Shown: positions 27,906 through 36,324 of the stretch, piece by piece
Position numbering within the stretch: position 1 is the first letter of the stretch
Layout: every line of letters begins with the position of its first letter
Assembly: GCA_013202385.1 (NCBI GenBank)
Contig: JABMOT010000158.1
Coordinates: 1-62,151, forward strand
DNA: 62,151 nucleotides
Direction: 5' to 3'
DNA from: Fidelibacterota bacterium
Lineage (GTDB): Bacteria; Fidelibacterota; UBA8477; JABMPR01
Notes under the pieces: generated by a model
The model's database searches: none
The model's input: the letters and a program-made list of their open reading frames with translations, nothing else
What the model was told of the DNA's origin: nothing
Made by a program: the position numbers and the translations under genes

Positions 27906-29873
27906 TTAGGCTTGCCCACTGTCGGCGGCAGCAACTTTGCCCCGTCTGTTTTCAAGCTCGGCCCGGATTTCATTGGCTTTCTTCTCAGTAATTGTATAGG
28001 TCGCAATGATCCAGAGTGCAATGGCTGAGGTTACGATAGGAATCCCAACATCGAATACCCGAATCCAGAGCAAGGTTGACTCAGATTGTCCAGCTCCCAG
28101 AGCCACATCAAAACCGGAGACTTTAAGCAATATTCCAGTCAGCAATCCAGCCAGTGCCATCCCTACTTTGACCATCCACCAGTAAATGGCTCCAAAAACA
28201 CCTTCGCGGCGTTGATGGGTTTCCAGTTCGTCATAATCACATACATCGGAGATCATGGATCCCATGAGGGTAAACAGAGAGCCCGTTCCAAATGCCACAA
28301 AGGGTGCCGCGAAAAGCAGCCAATAAGGATATTCAGGATTGTAACCGATCCACTTGATGCCATAGCCGATGATGGAGAGGGAAATTGTCAACATAAAGGT
28401 TTTTCGCTTGCCCAATTTGGTTGCTATCCATCCCGTAAATGGGATGACAGCCAGAGTAGCAATTGATGTGAGCATTCCGAACCAGCCCATGAGTTTGCCG
28501 GCGTCACCATCATTTCCGTTAAATAAATAATAGATCATGATGTATATGGAGAAAGACATCCCCAACTGGAAACCGTTGAATACCAGGAAAGTGGATGCGC
28601 AGAGCTTTACGAAGGGCTTATTTCTAAAAGTAATGGCGATGCCCTTGAAAAACCCGCCCATATTTTCCCAGAAACTTTTTCCAGCACTATCCGCCGGAGT
28701 CAGAATCGGTCGCTCCTTGAGAAAGATTGCTGGAATGATTCCAAATACAGCGACAATGACTCCAACGACAATGGCCAGGCTGCGAGCACCATGGACAGTA
28801 TCTCGAAATAGGCTGCTTGCCATGATGGCATAGAACCAGGGGACACCCAGCCAGGCGAGCTGACCCACGGTGTTGGCAAAGGCATGGAGTCGGGTCCGCT
28901 CATGGTAATCCGGTGTCATCTCATAGCCAAAAGCCACAAAGGGTGTTGCAAAAACAGTATAAGCCAGAAAAAAGAGAATTGACATGGCCATGAAATAGCG
29001 GAAATAGAAAATGAAGAAGCGTTCACTCTTTCTCAGTTTAAGCGAATGAATGGTTGCAACTCCAGCCCCCTCAAAGCCAGTGAGTTGCAAAGAAATACTC
29101 TTCATGGCCTGCATATCCAGGTGCTTATTACCGTTTTGATTGCCGGACCATGGACTTTGCACCAGGTCAGCTATGTTGAATTTATATAAATTGCCTTTGC
29201 CATCTACTGATTGATCCAGTGTAAGATCGATATAAAAGGACTCACCGTCTGAGCCTGCTTCCGATACTTCAGCCTCATTGAAAAACACCTGGAAACCATC
29301 AAGCTCAGGCAGAGCAACATTTAGTTCAACCTGAGGGAAATCATCCAGGTTTGTGGCCAGCGATACGGTTTTTTCCAGCGCTAATAATTCTGGTCCAAAG
29401 AAGACGAAATCAGCACCAATTTCCTGCTTTGAATCATAATTCAGAACGGCTCCACCGGCATCATTGAAACGGGTCCCCGTCAGACTCGATGATAGGGTCT
29501 GGTGCTGGGCGATAGGGGTTTTGGCCAGAAAATCAATATATCCAGAGGGCAATTGCCACATGAGAGCGAAAATTATTCCAGCCAGGATTGCGCCGGCGAA
29601 GATGAAGGGTCTGCGGCGGCCCCAACGGGTGCGGGTATTGTCAGAGATATAGCCCAGCATCGGGTCTGAGATGGCGTCAAAGATCCGGGGGATTGCTCCA
29701 ATTAATCCAACCCAGAGTACATCCATGCCCAGCCCAAGATTGAGGATCACAACCATGGCAGGAAGCGCAGCCGCCTGGAGGTTGTTCACCAGCATTCCCA
29801 CGGCGTAAGCCGATTTTTGCTTCAGGGAAATGCGATCTTCCGGGGCAGTTTTGTAATGTTGTGATTCACTCAT
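27906..29873 (-). CDS. GPH-family MFS sugar:cation symporter carrying a ~175-aa inserted soluble domain
   Basis: 655 aa. The GPH signature DPMLGYISDNTRTRWGRRRPF sits between TM2 and TM3. After TM3 there is a non-hydrophobic stretch (aa ~108-284) before the next TM (FFIFYFRYFMAMSILFFLAYTVF). The rest is a normal 12-TM GPH layout. Confidence 0.8.
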   Translation of the reverse strand: MSESQHYKTAPEDRISLKQKSAYAVGMLVNNLQAAALPAMVVILNLGLGMDVLWVGLIGAIPRIFDAISDPMLGYISDNTRTRWGRRRPFIFAGAILAGIIFALMWQLPSGYIDFLAKTPIAQHQTLSSSLTGTRFNDAGGAVLNYDSKQEIGADFVFFGPELLALEKTVSLATNLDDFPQVELNVALPELDGFQVFFNEAEVSEAGSDGESFYIDLTLDQSVDGKGNLYKFNIADLVQSPWSGNQNGNKHLDMQAMKSISLQLTGFEGAGVATIHSLKLRKSERFFIFYFRYFMAMSILFFLAYTVFATPFVAFGYEMTPDYHERTRLHAFANTVGQLAWLGVPWFYAIMASSLFRDTVHGARSLAIVVGVIVAVFGIIPAIFLKERPILTPADSAGKSFWENMGGFFKGIAITFRNKPFVKLCASTFLVFNGFQLGMSFSIYIMIYYLFNGNDGDAGKLMGWFGMLTSIATLAVIPFTGWIATKLGKRKTFMLTISLSIIGYGIKWIGYNPEYPYWLLFAAPFVAFGTGSLFTLMGSMISDVCDYDELETHQRREGVFGAIYWWMVKVGMALAGLLTGILLKVSGFDVALGAGQSESTLLWIRVFDVGIPIVTSAIALWIIATYTITEKKANEIRAELENRRGKVAAADSGQA

Positions 29874-29936
29874 GAACTTGACTCCTTCAATTGGATAAAT
29901 TTAAGTAAGGCTGCATACGAGAATAACAGTGGGTCA

Positions 29937-31220
29937 TCATAGTTGGATTTCTGAAAAATGCTTATCAATATGACTGCGTTTAACTCCTGGTTTATAAGGG
30001 TTTAAAGCGTGGATCTGCTTGAGGGTAAAATAGGCCATCCGCGGCGATAATTGATAGAGACCCTGATCATCACATGCCCCTTTTGCGCAAATTCCAAACC
30101 ATTCTTCATTCATATTATTCTGACCTGGGCTAAAATCTTCTGAATATCCGCCATTAGCCCAGGAGGCGTGGCGATCATGGGTATCAAGATGTGAGTCCAG
30201 GCCGAATTTCCACCAGCCATCGGAAAATTGAAAGGTATAGCCACCAATAGCATTACCTGTATTGCCTTTTCCACTGGATTGCTCATAAATCTCTCTCCAG
30301 TTTCCCAACAGGTATTTAGCTTGTGCTTTTTGGTCCTCCACCAGGGTCCTTGAATTAAAAGCGTCAGCTCCGAATTCAGTAAACAAGACCGGGATTCCCA
30401 ATTTTTGTTCAACCTGTTCAAATAGATCGCCGAAGGAGACTCCGCGATAGACATTACAGCCAAAAATATCGAGATTCTCGATCTCCTCTGCAATGATGTC
30501 AATATATTGAAGATCACCATTAGCAATGGCTACAGGATGTTGATCGTCTAGTGTATGAATGGCATTGATTGCTTCATTTAATAGTGAATACAGCTGATGC
30601 GCTTGAACGACCTGGGGTTTAGCCTGGTCAGGCAGGTTCTGGGATTCAGCAGAATTCCAGTGCAGACCATAATTATTTTCGTTACCGAGAAGCCATATCA
30701 AGATTCCAGGAACATCCTTGTATTGACTAACCATTGTTTCCACATCGGCAATAATAGCCTTTCGCGTCTGCGGATCTCCGTAGTCAACACTGGCAACCCA
30801 ATTACTGTCTACCAGAATGCCATAGCGTCCAAAGGGATGGTTAAGTGTGGTGAATAATCCGAAGTGCTCATAAATATATTTCACCCAGCGGGGAGGAATG
30901 CTGTTGTACTGACGGATTGTGTTGGCGCCCATTTCTTTGAGTAGACCCAGCTCTCGATCCAGAGCTGCTATAATTAACTCATCTGGTTGAGCCCAAAAAT
31001 TGTAGGCGTAATTTGTACCGATGGGGAAATAGTCCCAATTCATCCCAAAAATCATAAAATCTTCGCCAGCCACCTGGAGCTTTTGACCGTCATGATTTGA
31101 AATCACTTTCACCATCACTGATTTAGGGTCCCTCGCACAACCAATAATCGCAATACAGGAAGCTAACACCAGGACCTTAAAAGAAATGCTGCTACCGTGC
31201 AGTTGAAGTTTTTGAATCAT
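29937..31220 (-). CDS. Clan GH-A (beta/alpha)8 glycoside hydrolase lipoprotein (GH2-TIM-like / possibly GH158-type beta-1,3-glucanase)
   Basis: 427 aa. Lipobox IIGC. Motifs: GANTIRQY, acid/base WLLGNENN, nucleophile-like LFTEFGADAF. The family-level call is tentative. Confidence 0.5.
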   Translation of the reverse strand: MIQKLQLHGSSISFKVLVLASCIAIIGCARDPKSVMVKVISNHDGQKLQVAGEDFMIFGMNWDYFPIGTNYAYNFWAQPDELIIAALDRELGLLKEMGANTIRQYNSIPPRWVKYIYEHFGLFTTLNHPFGRYGILVDSNWVASVDYGDPQTRKAIIADVETMVSQYKDVPGILIWLLGNENNYGLHWNSAESQNLPDQAKPQVVQAHQLYSLLNEAINAIHTLDDQHPVAIANGDLQYIDIIAEEIENLDIFGCNVYRGVSFGDLFEQVEQKLGIPVLFTEFGADAFNSRTLVEDQKAQAKYLLGNWREIYEQSSGKGNTGNAIGGYTFQFSDGWWKFGLDSHLDTHDRHASWANGGYSEDFSPGQNNMNEEWFGICAKGACDDQGLYQLSPRMAYFTLKQIHALNPYKPGVKRSHIDKHFSEIQL

Positions 31221-31251
31221 AAGGGTCCCATTAAGTCAATAACCAAAGATT

Positions 31252-33099
31252 TTAATAGCTTAAACCGTAACCCACAGGGAACAGCGGATTATAATCGGAA
31301 TCGCCTGAATTGATGGGGATTTGGTCCATGGATGCTGGCCATGAGACTGATAATTTGCCGGACGGCGCGTAATCCCCGAAGATGATATCTGCAATGCCAT
31401 TGCCCTCGGTGCCAGGTAGCCAGGCAGCCAGGAATGCATCTGATTGTTCAAGAACCTCATTAATAATCAGGGGACGACCGGATAAAAGCACAACGATCAT
31501 AGGCGCACCTGAGGATGTTACCGTATTGATCACTCCAAGATCAGCTTCAGACAGCTCCAGATTCTCACGATCACCATGCATTTCTGCGTATGGGTCTTCA
31601 CCTACAACAACGATAACTGCATCGGCTCCTGCGCTGGCGCTACCATCAACTGATATTACGAGCTCGGTATTTTCAGAAACCAATCCTTGAACACCCTCAT
31701 AAATAGATGTCCCCAAAGTGATATCCCCGTGACCGCCCTGCCACGAAATGCTCCAACCACCGCATTGCATGCCAACATTATCTGCACCCCGACCGGCGAG
31801 CACAATTTTGGCTGCATTTTTGGAAAGGGGGAGTGCCGCATTATTATTTTTTAGCATGACCATTGATTCACGGACAGCCTGACGGGCAAGCGTCCGATGA
31901 TCTGCTGATCCCACTGTTGGCGTCAAAGCTCGGTCATTGTGGTAGGGAAGCTCCAGCAGTCCCATTTTCTGCTTAATAGTGAGGATGCGTGTTACAGCAT
32001 CATCAATGCGGGACATTTCAATTGAGCCTTCGTTCACGGATTCAGTCAGGGTCTCTATAAATTCACGATAGCCCCGGCCAGCCTTACGGGTATCGCCAGG
32101 AACCATGACCATGTCAATTCCAGCATTAATGCTGGTGATAATATCGTTTTTAAAATTTCCGGGAATTTCGTCAATCCCTTGCCAATCGCTAACGATGAAT
32201 CCATCAAAACCCAACTCACCCTTCAAAAGATCGGTGAGTAAATAGTGATGGCCGTGCAATTTGACACCGTTCCAGCTGTTGTAGGATGCCATGATAGTCC
32301 CAGTGCCAGAGGCGATGGCGGCTATGTATTGGGGGAGATGGAGAGCCCGCAATTCTGCTTCTGAAATTTGTGCATCACCGCGATCAATCATACCATTTTC
32401 GCCGGTGGACCAGGTCGGGGCGCCATCACCGATATAGTGCTTGGTGCATGCCAGAATCGCATCATTGGCGTCAAGCGAACTTCCTTGAAATCCTTCCACC
32501 AGAGCAGCACCGAGTTGAGCAATCAAGACTGGATCCTCTCCAAAGGATTCATAAGCCCGACCCCAACGCTCATCGCGTGAATTTGCAACACAGGGGGCAA
32601 AGGTCCAATTTATGCCAGTCCCACGAACTTCTTCAGCAGTAAGTCTGCCCAATTGGCGAACCAGATCAGAGTTCCCAGTTGCTCCCAAACCAATATTGTG
32701 TGGTAGAATGGTGGCGCCGATAACATTGTTATGGCCATGAACAGCGTCAATGCCATAGAGGAGGGGAATTCCGAGACGAGTATGCGCCGCCTGAGCTTGA
32801 AATCCGTCTACCATATCTGCCCAGGCCGCTGGTTCATTTACGGCCGGTGATGAACCCCCACCGCTGAGGATGGAACCCAAAAAATAATTTTTAATATCAT
32901 CTTGATGAATGAGAAAATCGCGACCTACCTGGGTCATCTGCCCGACTTTTTCAGCAAGACTCATCATCTGGACAATACTATCAGCGCTTTTACCAGCTAT
33001 AGACTCGTGGCGGACAATCGGCTCGGTCGTGTTACAGCTACCAAGCAGCAATCCTGTTAAAGGAAGCAGGCAGGCTTTTAATAGTTTAGCTTTGGTCAA
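31252..33099 (-). CDS. GH3 beta-glucosidase lipoprotein
   Basis: 615 aa. TTG start with a GAGGAGAG RBS. Lipobox LLGSC. GH3 motifs: KVGQMTQV, GIDAVHGHN, RDERWGRAYESFGEDP, nucleophile GFIVSDWQG. Confidence 0.9.
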   Translation of the reverse strand: MTKAKLLKACLLPLTGLLLGSCNTTEPIVRHESIAGKSADSIVQMMSLAEKVGQMTQVGRDFLIHQDDIKNYFLGSILSGGGSSPAVNEPAAWADMVDGFQAQAAHTRLGIPLLYGIDAVHGHNNVIGATILPHNIGLGATGNSDLVRQLGRLTAEEVRGTGINWTFAPCVANSRDERWGRAYESFGEDPVLIAQLGAALVEGFQGSSLDANDAILACTKHYIGDGAPTWSTGENGMIDRGDAQISEAELRALHLPQYIAAIASGTGTIMASYNSWNGVKLHGHHYLLTDLLKGELGFDGFIVSDWQGIDEIPGNFKNDIITSINAGIDMVMVPGDTRKAGRGYREFIETLTESVNEGSIEMSRIDDAVTRILTIKQKMGLLELPYHNDRALTPTVGSADHRTLARQAVRESMVMLKNNNAALPLSKNAAKIVLAGRGADNVGMQCGGWSISWQGGHGDITLGTSIYEGVQGLVSENTELVISVDGSASAGADAVIVVVGEDPYAEMHGDRENLELSEADLGVINTVTSSGAPMIVVLLSGRPLIINEVLEQSDAFLAAWLPGTEGNGIADIIFGDYAPSGKLSVSWPASMDQIPINSGDSDYNPLFPVGYGLSY

Positions 33100-33166
33100 A
33101 ATTTACTCTCCTCAATGCGGTCTTGGAATTCCCTAATTTGGATTTATTAAATATGATTTGGCTTGC

Positions 33167-33181
33167 GCAAGAAGAATGCCA
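33167..33181 (-). promoter_or_regulatory. Sigma-54 (-24/-12) promoter
   Basis: On the minus strand this reads TGGCAT-TCTTC-TTGC(G), against the consensus TGGCAC-N5-TTGC(A/T). It lies 68 nt upstream of the GH3 start codon. Confidence 0.7.
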
Positions 33182-33484
33182 TCAATTTGACGCCAACCAG
33201 GTCACCCCTGAATTATCATTTGAATTTGGGAGACAGCAGAGAGCAAGGTTTTTCCCGCCCTCTAATATTATTATACAGTTAAGCGTCTTAAGGTACTGTT
33301 AATATTAACCACAATAGGTGAGAATGGAGCATCGACAAATATTCCCTGCTGGGAATCCATCGTTCTGAATGATTATTTGGGATCTAAATCAATGATACGA
33401 AAAGGGGGAGGGCACACTTTTTATTTAATCTTCTAGATAGACCTTGTATTGTTTTGATATGCCAATTATTATCATTTCAATAAT

Positions 33485-34846
33485 ATGAATGACTATCAGG
33501 AATACGAATTCGGAAAGACTCTCACGCACGGTCGCTCGATTTCCACGAGTCTTCCTTTCCTGTTTACAATTGGTGCATTGATCTTCTTTATTTCTTTCCT
33601 GATCTCCTCTTTTCCATTGGGTCGCAACCCCTTGAATACCGATGGAATTCAACGGGTCTATTTTGCTGATAATATTGGACCTGGCCATGCAAAAATAATA
33701 AGCCAATTTAATGAGCGCCATAAAGGAGAGATCGAAGTAATCGCTATCGATCTACCCTTTTCAAAATTTAATACTAATCAGCGTAAGGAGTTGATTACCC
33801 GTAATTTGAGAAGTCGTAGCAGTAGGATTGACGTGTTCTCTGTTGACTTAATCTGGGTACCCCGGTTTACCAAATGGGCAGAACCTCTGGCCCCTTACTT
33901 TTCACCCCAATTCCTAAAAAATATTGTTGAGAAGCCACTGGAAACCTGTTATGTGGATGGAGCCCTATACGCCATACCGTTATACACCGATATAGGGGCG
34001 CTGTATTATCGGGAAGACATGATCTTGGCATTGCCGGGAGGTGCGGAAATAAATGAGCGGATCAAACAGTCTATCAATTGGGAGGAACTGCTGAGGATTG
34101 GTGAAGAATATTTCCCTGACCAGGCACTCTATATACCTCAGGCTGCAGCCTATGAGGGTTTAATCTGTAATTTCAATGAAATTCTAGGTCAATCGCTGCA
34201 GGACGAGGAAACGGGTGAGCTTATAGACTTGCTTGACCCCAATGTTATTGAGAGGGTCAGCTTTATGCGTGATTTGATTGAGAAGAAAATTGCGCCAATT
34301 GCAAGTTTAAGAATGGCAGAAGATGAGTGTATTCGCTATGCCCTAAGCAATGGTATACCCTTCGTTAGGGGCTGGCCAACGGTCAATAATGATAGCGACG
34401 CTCGTTTTGATTCTATTCTATTTAAAAAGTTGGCAATTGCACCCCTACCTCATTTTGAAGGCGAGCGGTCAACTCCAGTATTTGGAGGCTGGAATATGAT
34501 GCTCTCCAAACACTCACCCGTTAAGGATGCCGCAATTGAATTTATCCAATTTGCCGCTTCCTATGAGGGACAGAAAATCTTCTTCGAATACGACGGATTG
34601 CTTCCCATCCAGCAGCAATTTTATCGCGGGTCAGCTGAAGATCCTCGCCATGCACGCTTGCAGGTAATTGAGAAGATGATGGCAAATGGACTTCATCGCC
34701 CCATGCTTCATCAGTACACCTTGATTTCAGATATTCTTTCTGCCAGGCTGCACCAGATTATTGCTGGAGAAGTCGAAGTGGAAGCAGGGCTGAAACAGGC
34801 GAAGCAAGAAATTGATGCTATCTTGGATCGAGAGCATAATTCTTGA
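33485..34846 (+). CDS. Membrane-anchored family-1 solute-binding protein (sensor partner)
   Basis: 453 aa. One N-terminal TM (LPFLFTIGALIFFISFLISSF), then an SBP-like domain (IEVIAIDLPFSKF..., YAIPLYTDIGALYYRED, FGGWNMMLSK). Its stop codon overlaps the TTG start of the kinase gene. Confidence 0.65.
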   Translation: MNDYQEYEFGKTLTHGRSISTSLPFLFTIGALIFFISFLISSFPLGRNPLNTDGIQRVYFADNIGPGHAKIISQFNERHKGEIEVIAIDLPFSKFNTNQRKELITRNLRSRSSRIDVFSVDLIWVPRFTKWAEPLAPYFSPQFLKNIVEKPLETCYVDGALYAIPLYTDIGALYYREDMILALPGGAEINERIKQSINWEELLRIGEEYFPDQALYIPQAAAYEGLICNFNEILGQSLQDEETGELIDLLDPNVIERVSFMRDLIEKKIAPIASLRMAEDECIRYALSNGIPFVRGWPTVNNDSDARFDSILFKKLAIAPLPHFEGERSTPVFGGWNMMLSKHSPVKDAAIEFIQFAASYEGQKIFFEYDGLLPIQQQFYRGSAEDPRHARLQVIEKMMANGLHRPMLHQYTLISDILSARLHQIIAGEVEVEAGLKQAKQEIDAILDREHNS

Positions 34847-36321
34847 AAAAACTGAGCAAATATGAGAGTTATCATTTCGAGATTCAGCATGTTCTGGTCC
34901 TCTTCATTGTGGTTGTCGTTTTCCAGTCAGCACTCTCTTTCATCAACAGTCAATCAACCCATAAAATATTTAATCAGGCCATGGATTATTATCGCCGCGA
35001 TTCCGCTGAGCGTGTCGCTGATCTGACGACCACTGCACTTGAATTATTGATTGAGCAAGGCCGGATGGATATTTCTGGTCAAGAGAGCCACAAAGACGCC
35101 GCCGTTCTGTCACTGAACAAACTTCTGAGCCAGCAAACGTTACAAAGAAATATTGATGAAGTTTACCTGTTGGTTTTAAAGGGAGATAGTGTATTAGCCC
35201 TTCAAGATGGGGAGGCTATTTACGATCTATATTTTGGTTCTTATACAGGTAGCACAGTCAGCGAAAAAGCAACTGCGAAAAATGCCGTAGCTTATTACAA
35301 TGACAACAAATCTAGTCTTTTGGACGAAGAGCAAATTGTGAGTTCCTTGGAGGGGAACAACACCTTCCATGTATTGGTGCCATATTATGATTCTGGTGAA
35401 ATTGCCGGTGCCACCTATATGCGTATTACACCTGATGTTGCTGGATTTTTGTCCCTGATTGCCTCAGCATATAATCAGTCTGGTATTCTTTTTACAGGTC
35501 TTATCCTGATAGGATTTATGGCCATGTTTTTCATCTATTCCTATACAGCCCAGGAAAGAGATGTTGTTCAACGACAATTGTTTGATCAAAGCTCAAAACA
35601 GCTCCGTGAGCAGGTTGAACACCAGAAAGAATCACTCTTTACTAAACGTATTTATCATACTCATCACAAGGCTGAAAAGGTTATGGGCTTCATCAAAGAA
35701 GATTTGAGGAGTCTGAGTGATGCCAATCTGGATGAAACCAGAGACCGGGTAACCAAGTATGCAAACTTTGTTTCCCGGGTTATTTATGATATGAAGTCCT
35801 ATGATCCTCCACTCCACGTCATTCGCAATCCGATATTTAAAACAGATATAAATGGGGTTATTCAATTCCTGGTGAAAAATATCTTTCAGCGGGTCTACAG
35901 TGTGAGCAAATCTGCAGCAGTCACTGTGAAGTTGGATTTAGCCGAAGATATTCCTGTGCTGCATATCAATGAATATGTCATCTGGGAAATTATTGAACCT
36001 CTGATACAAAATGCCATTGAACACAATGTGGATCAAGATCTCATCATTGAGTTGAAAACCGAATATGATCCTGAATCAAAGCGGCTTCAAATCGAAATTG
36101 GTGATGATGGCAAAGGCTTTCTGGAAGAGCTGTTAGTCAGTGACGAGCTTGGAGTTAAAGCGTTGTTTAAGGAATCAATCAGTACCAAAGAAAGTGGCCA
36201 GAATTCAGGATACGGGTGTTATTTAGCCCGCGAAATAAGTCGTCGCTGTGGCTGGCAGCTGGAAGCCTACAATAAAGCTGAAGGAGGCGCCTGTTTTGTG
36301 ATTCAGGCGACCATAGGATAA
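34843..36321 (+). CDS. Sensor histidine kinase (two TM segments, periplasmic sensor domain, GHKL ATPase)
   Basis: 492 aa. TM1 VLVLFIVVVVFQSALSFI, TM2 ILFTGLILIGFMAMFFIYSY. N-box EPLIQNAIEHN, G1 IGDDGKGF, G2 GYGCYLAREI. The H-box region (IYHTHHKAEKVMGFIKEDL) is atypical. Confidence 0.75.
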   Translation: MKKLSKYESYHFEIQHVLVLFIVVVVFQSALSFINSQSTHKIFNQAMDYYRRDSAERVADLTTTALELLIEQGRMDISGQESHKDAAVLSLNKLLSQQTLQRNIDEVYLLVLKGDSVLALQDGEAIYDLYFGSYTGSTVSEKATAKNAVAYYNDNKSSLLDEEQIVSSLEGNNTFHVLVPYYDSGEIAGATYMRITPDVAGFLSLIASAYNQSGILFTGLILIGFMAMFFIYSYTAQERDVVQRQLFDQSSKQLREQVEHQKESLFTKRIYHTHHKAEKVMGFIKEDLRSLSDANLDETRDRVTKYANFVSRVIYDMKSYDPPLHVIRNPIFKTDINGVIQFLVKNIFQRVYSVSKSAAVTVKLDLAEDIPVLHINEYVIWEIIEPLIQNAIEHNVDQDLIIELKTEYDPESKRLQIEIGDDGKGFLEELLVSDELGVKALFKESISTKESGQNSGYGCYLAREISRRCGWQLEAYNKAEGGACFVIQATIG

Positions 36322-36324
36322 AAA

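Noticed and set aside
33425-33721. 98-aa minus-strand ORF overlapping the start of the solute-binding sensor gene
   Set aside because: It is antisense to the 5' end of a well-supported gene, shows no motifs, and would place a gene between the sigma-54 promoter region and the divergent regulator operon without its own translation signals.
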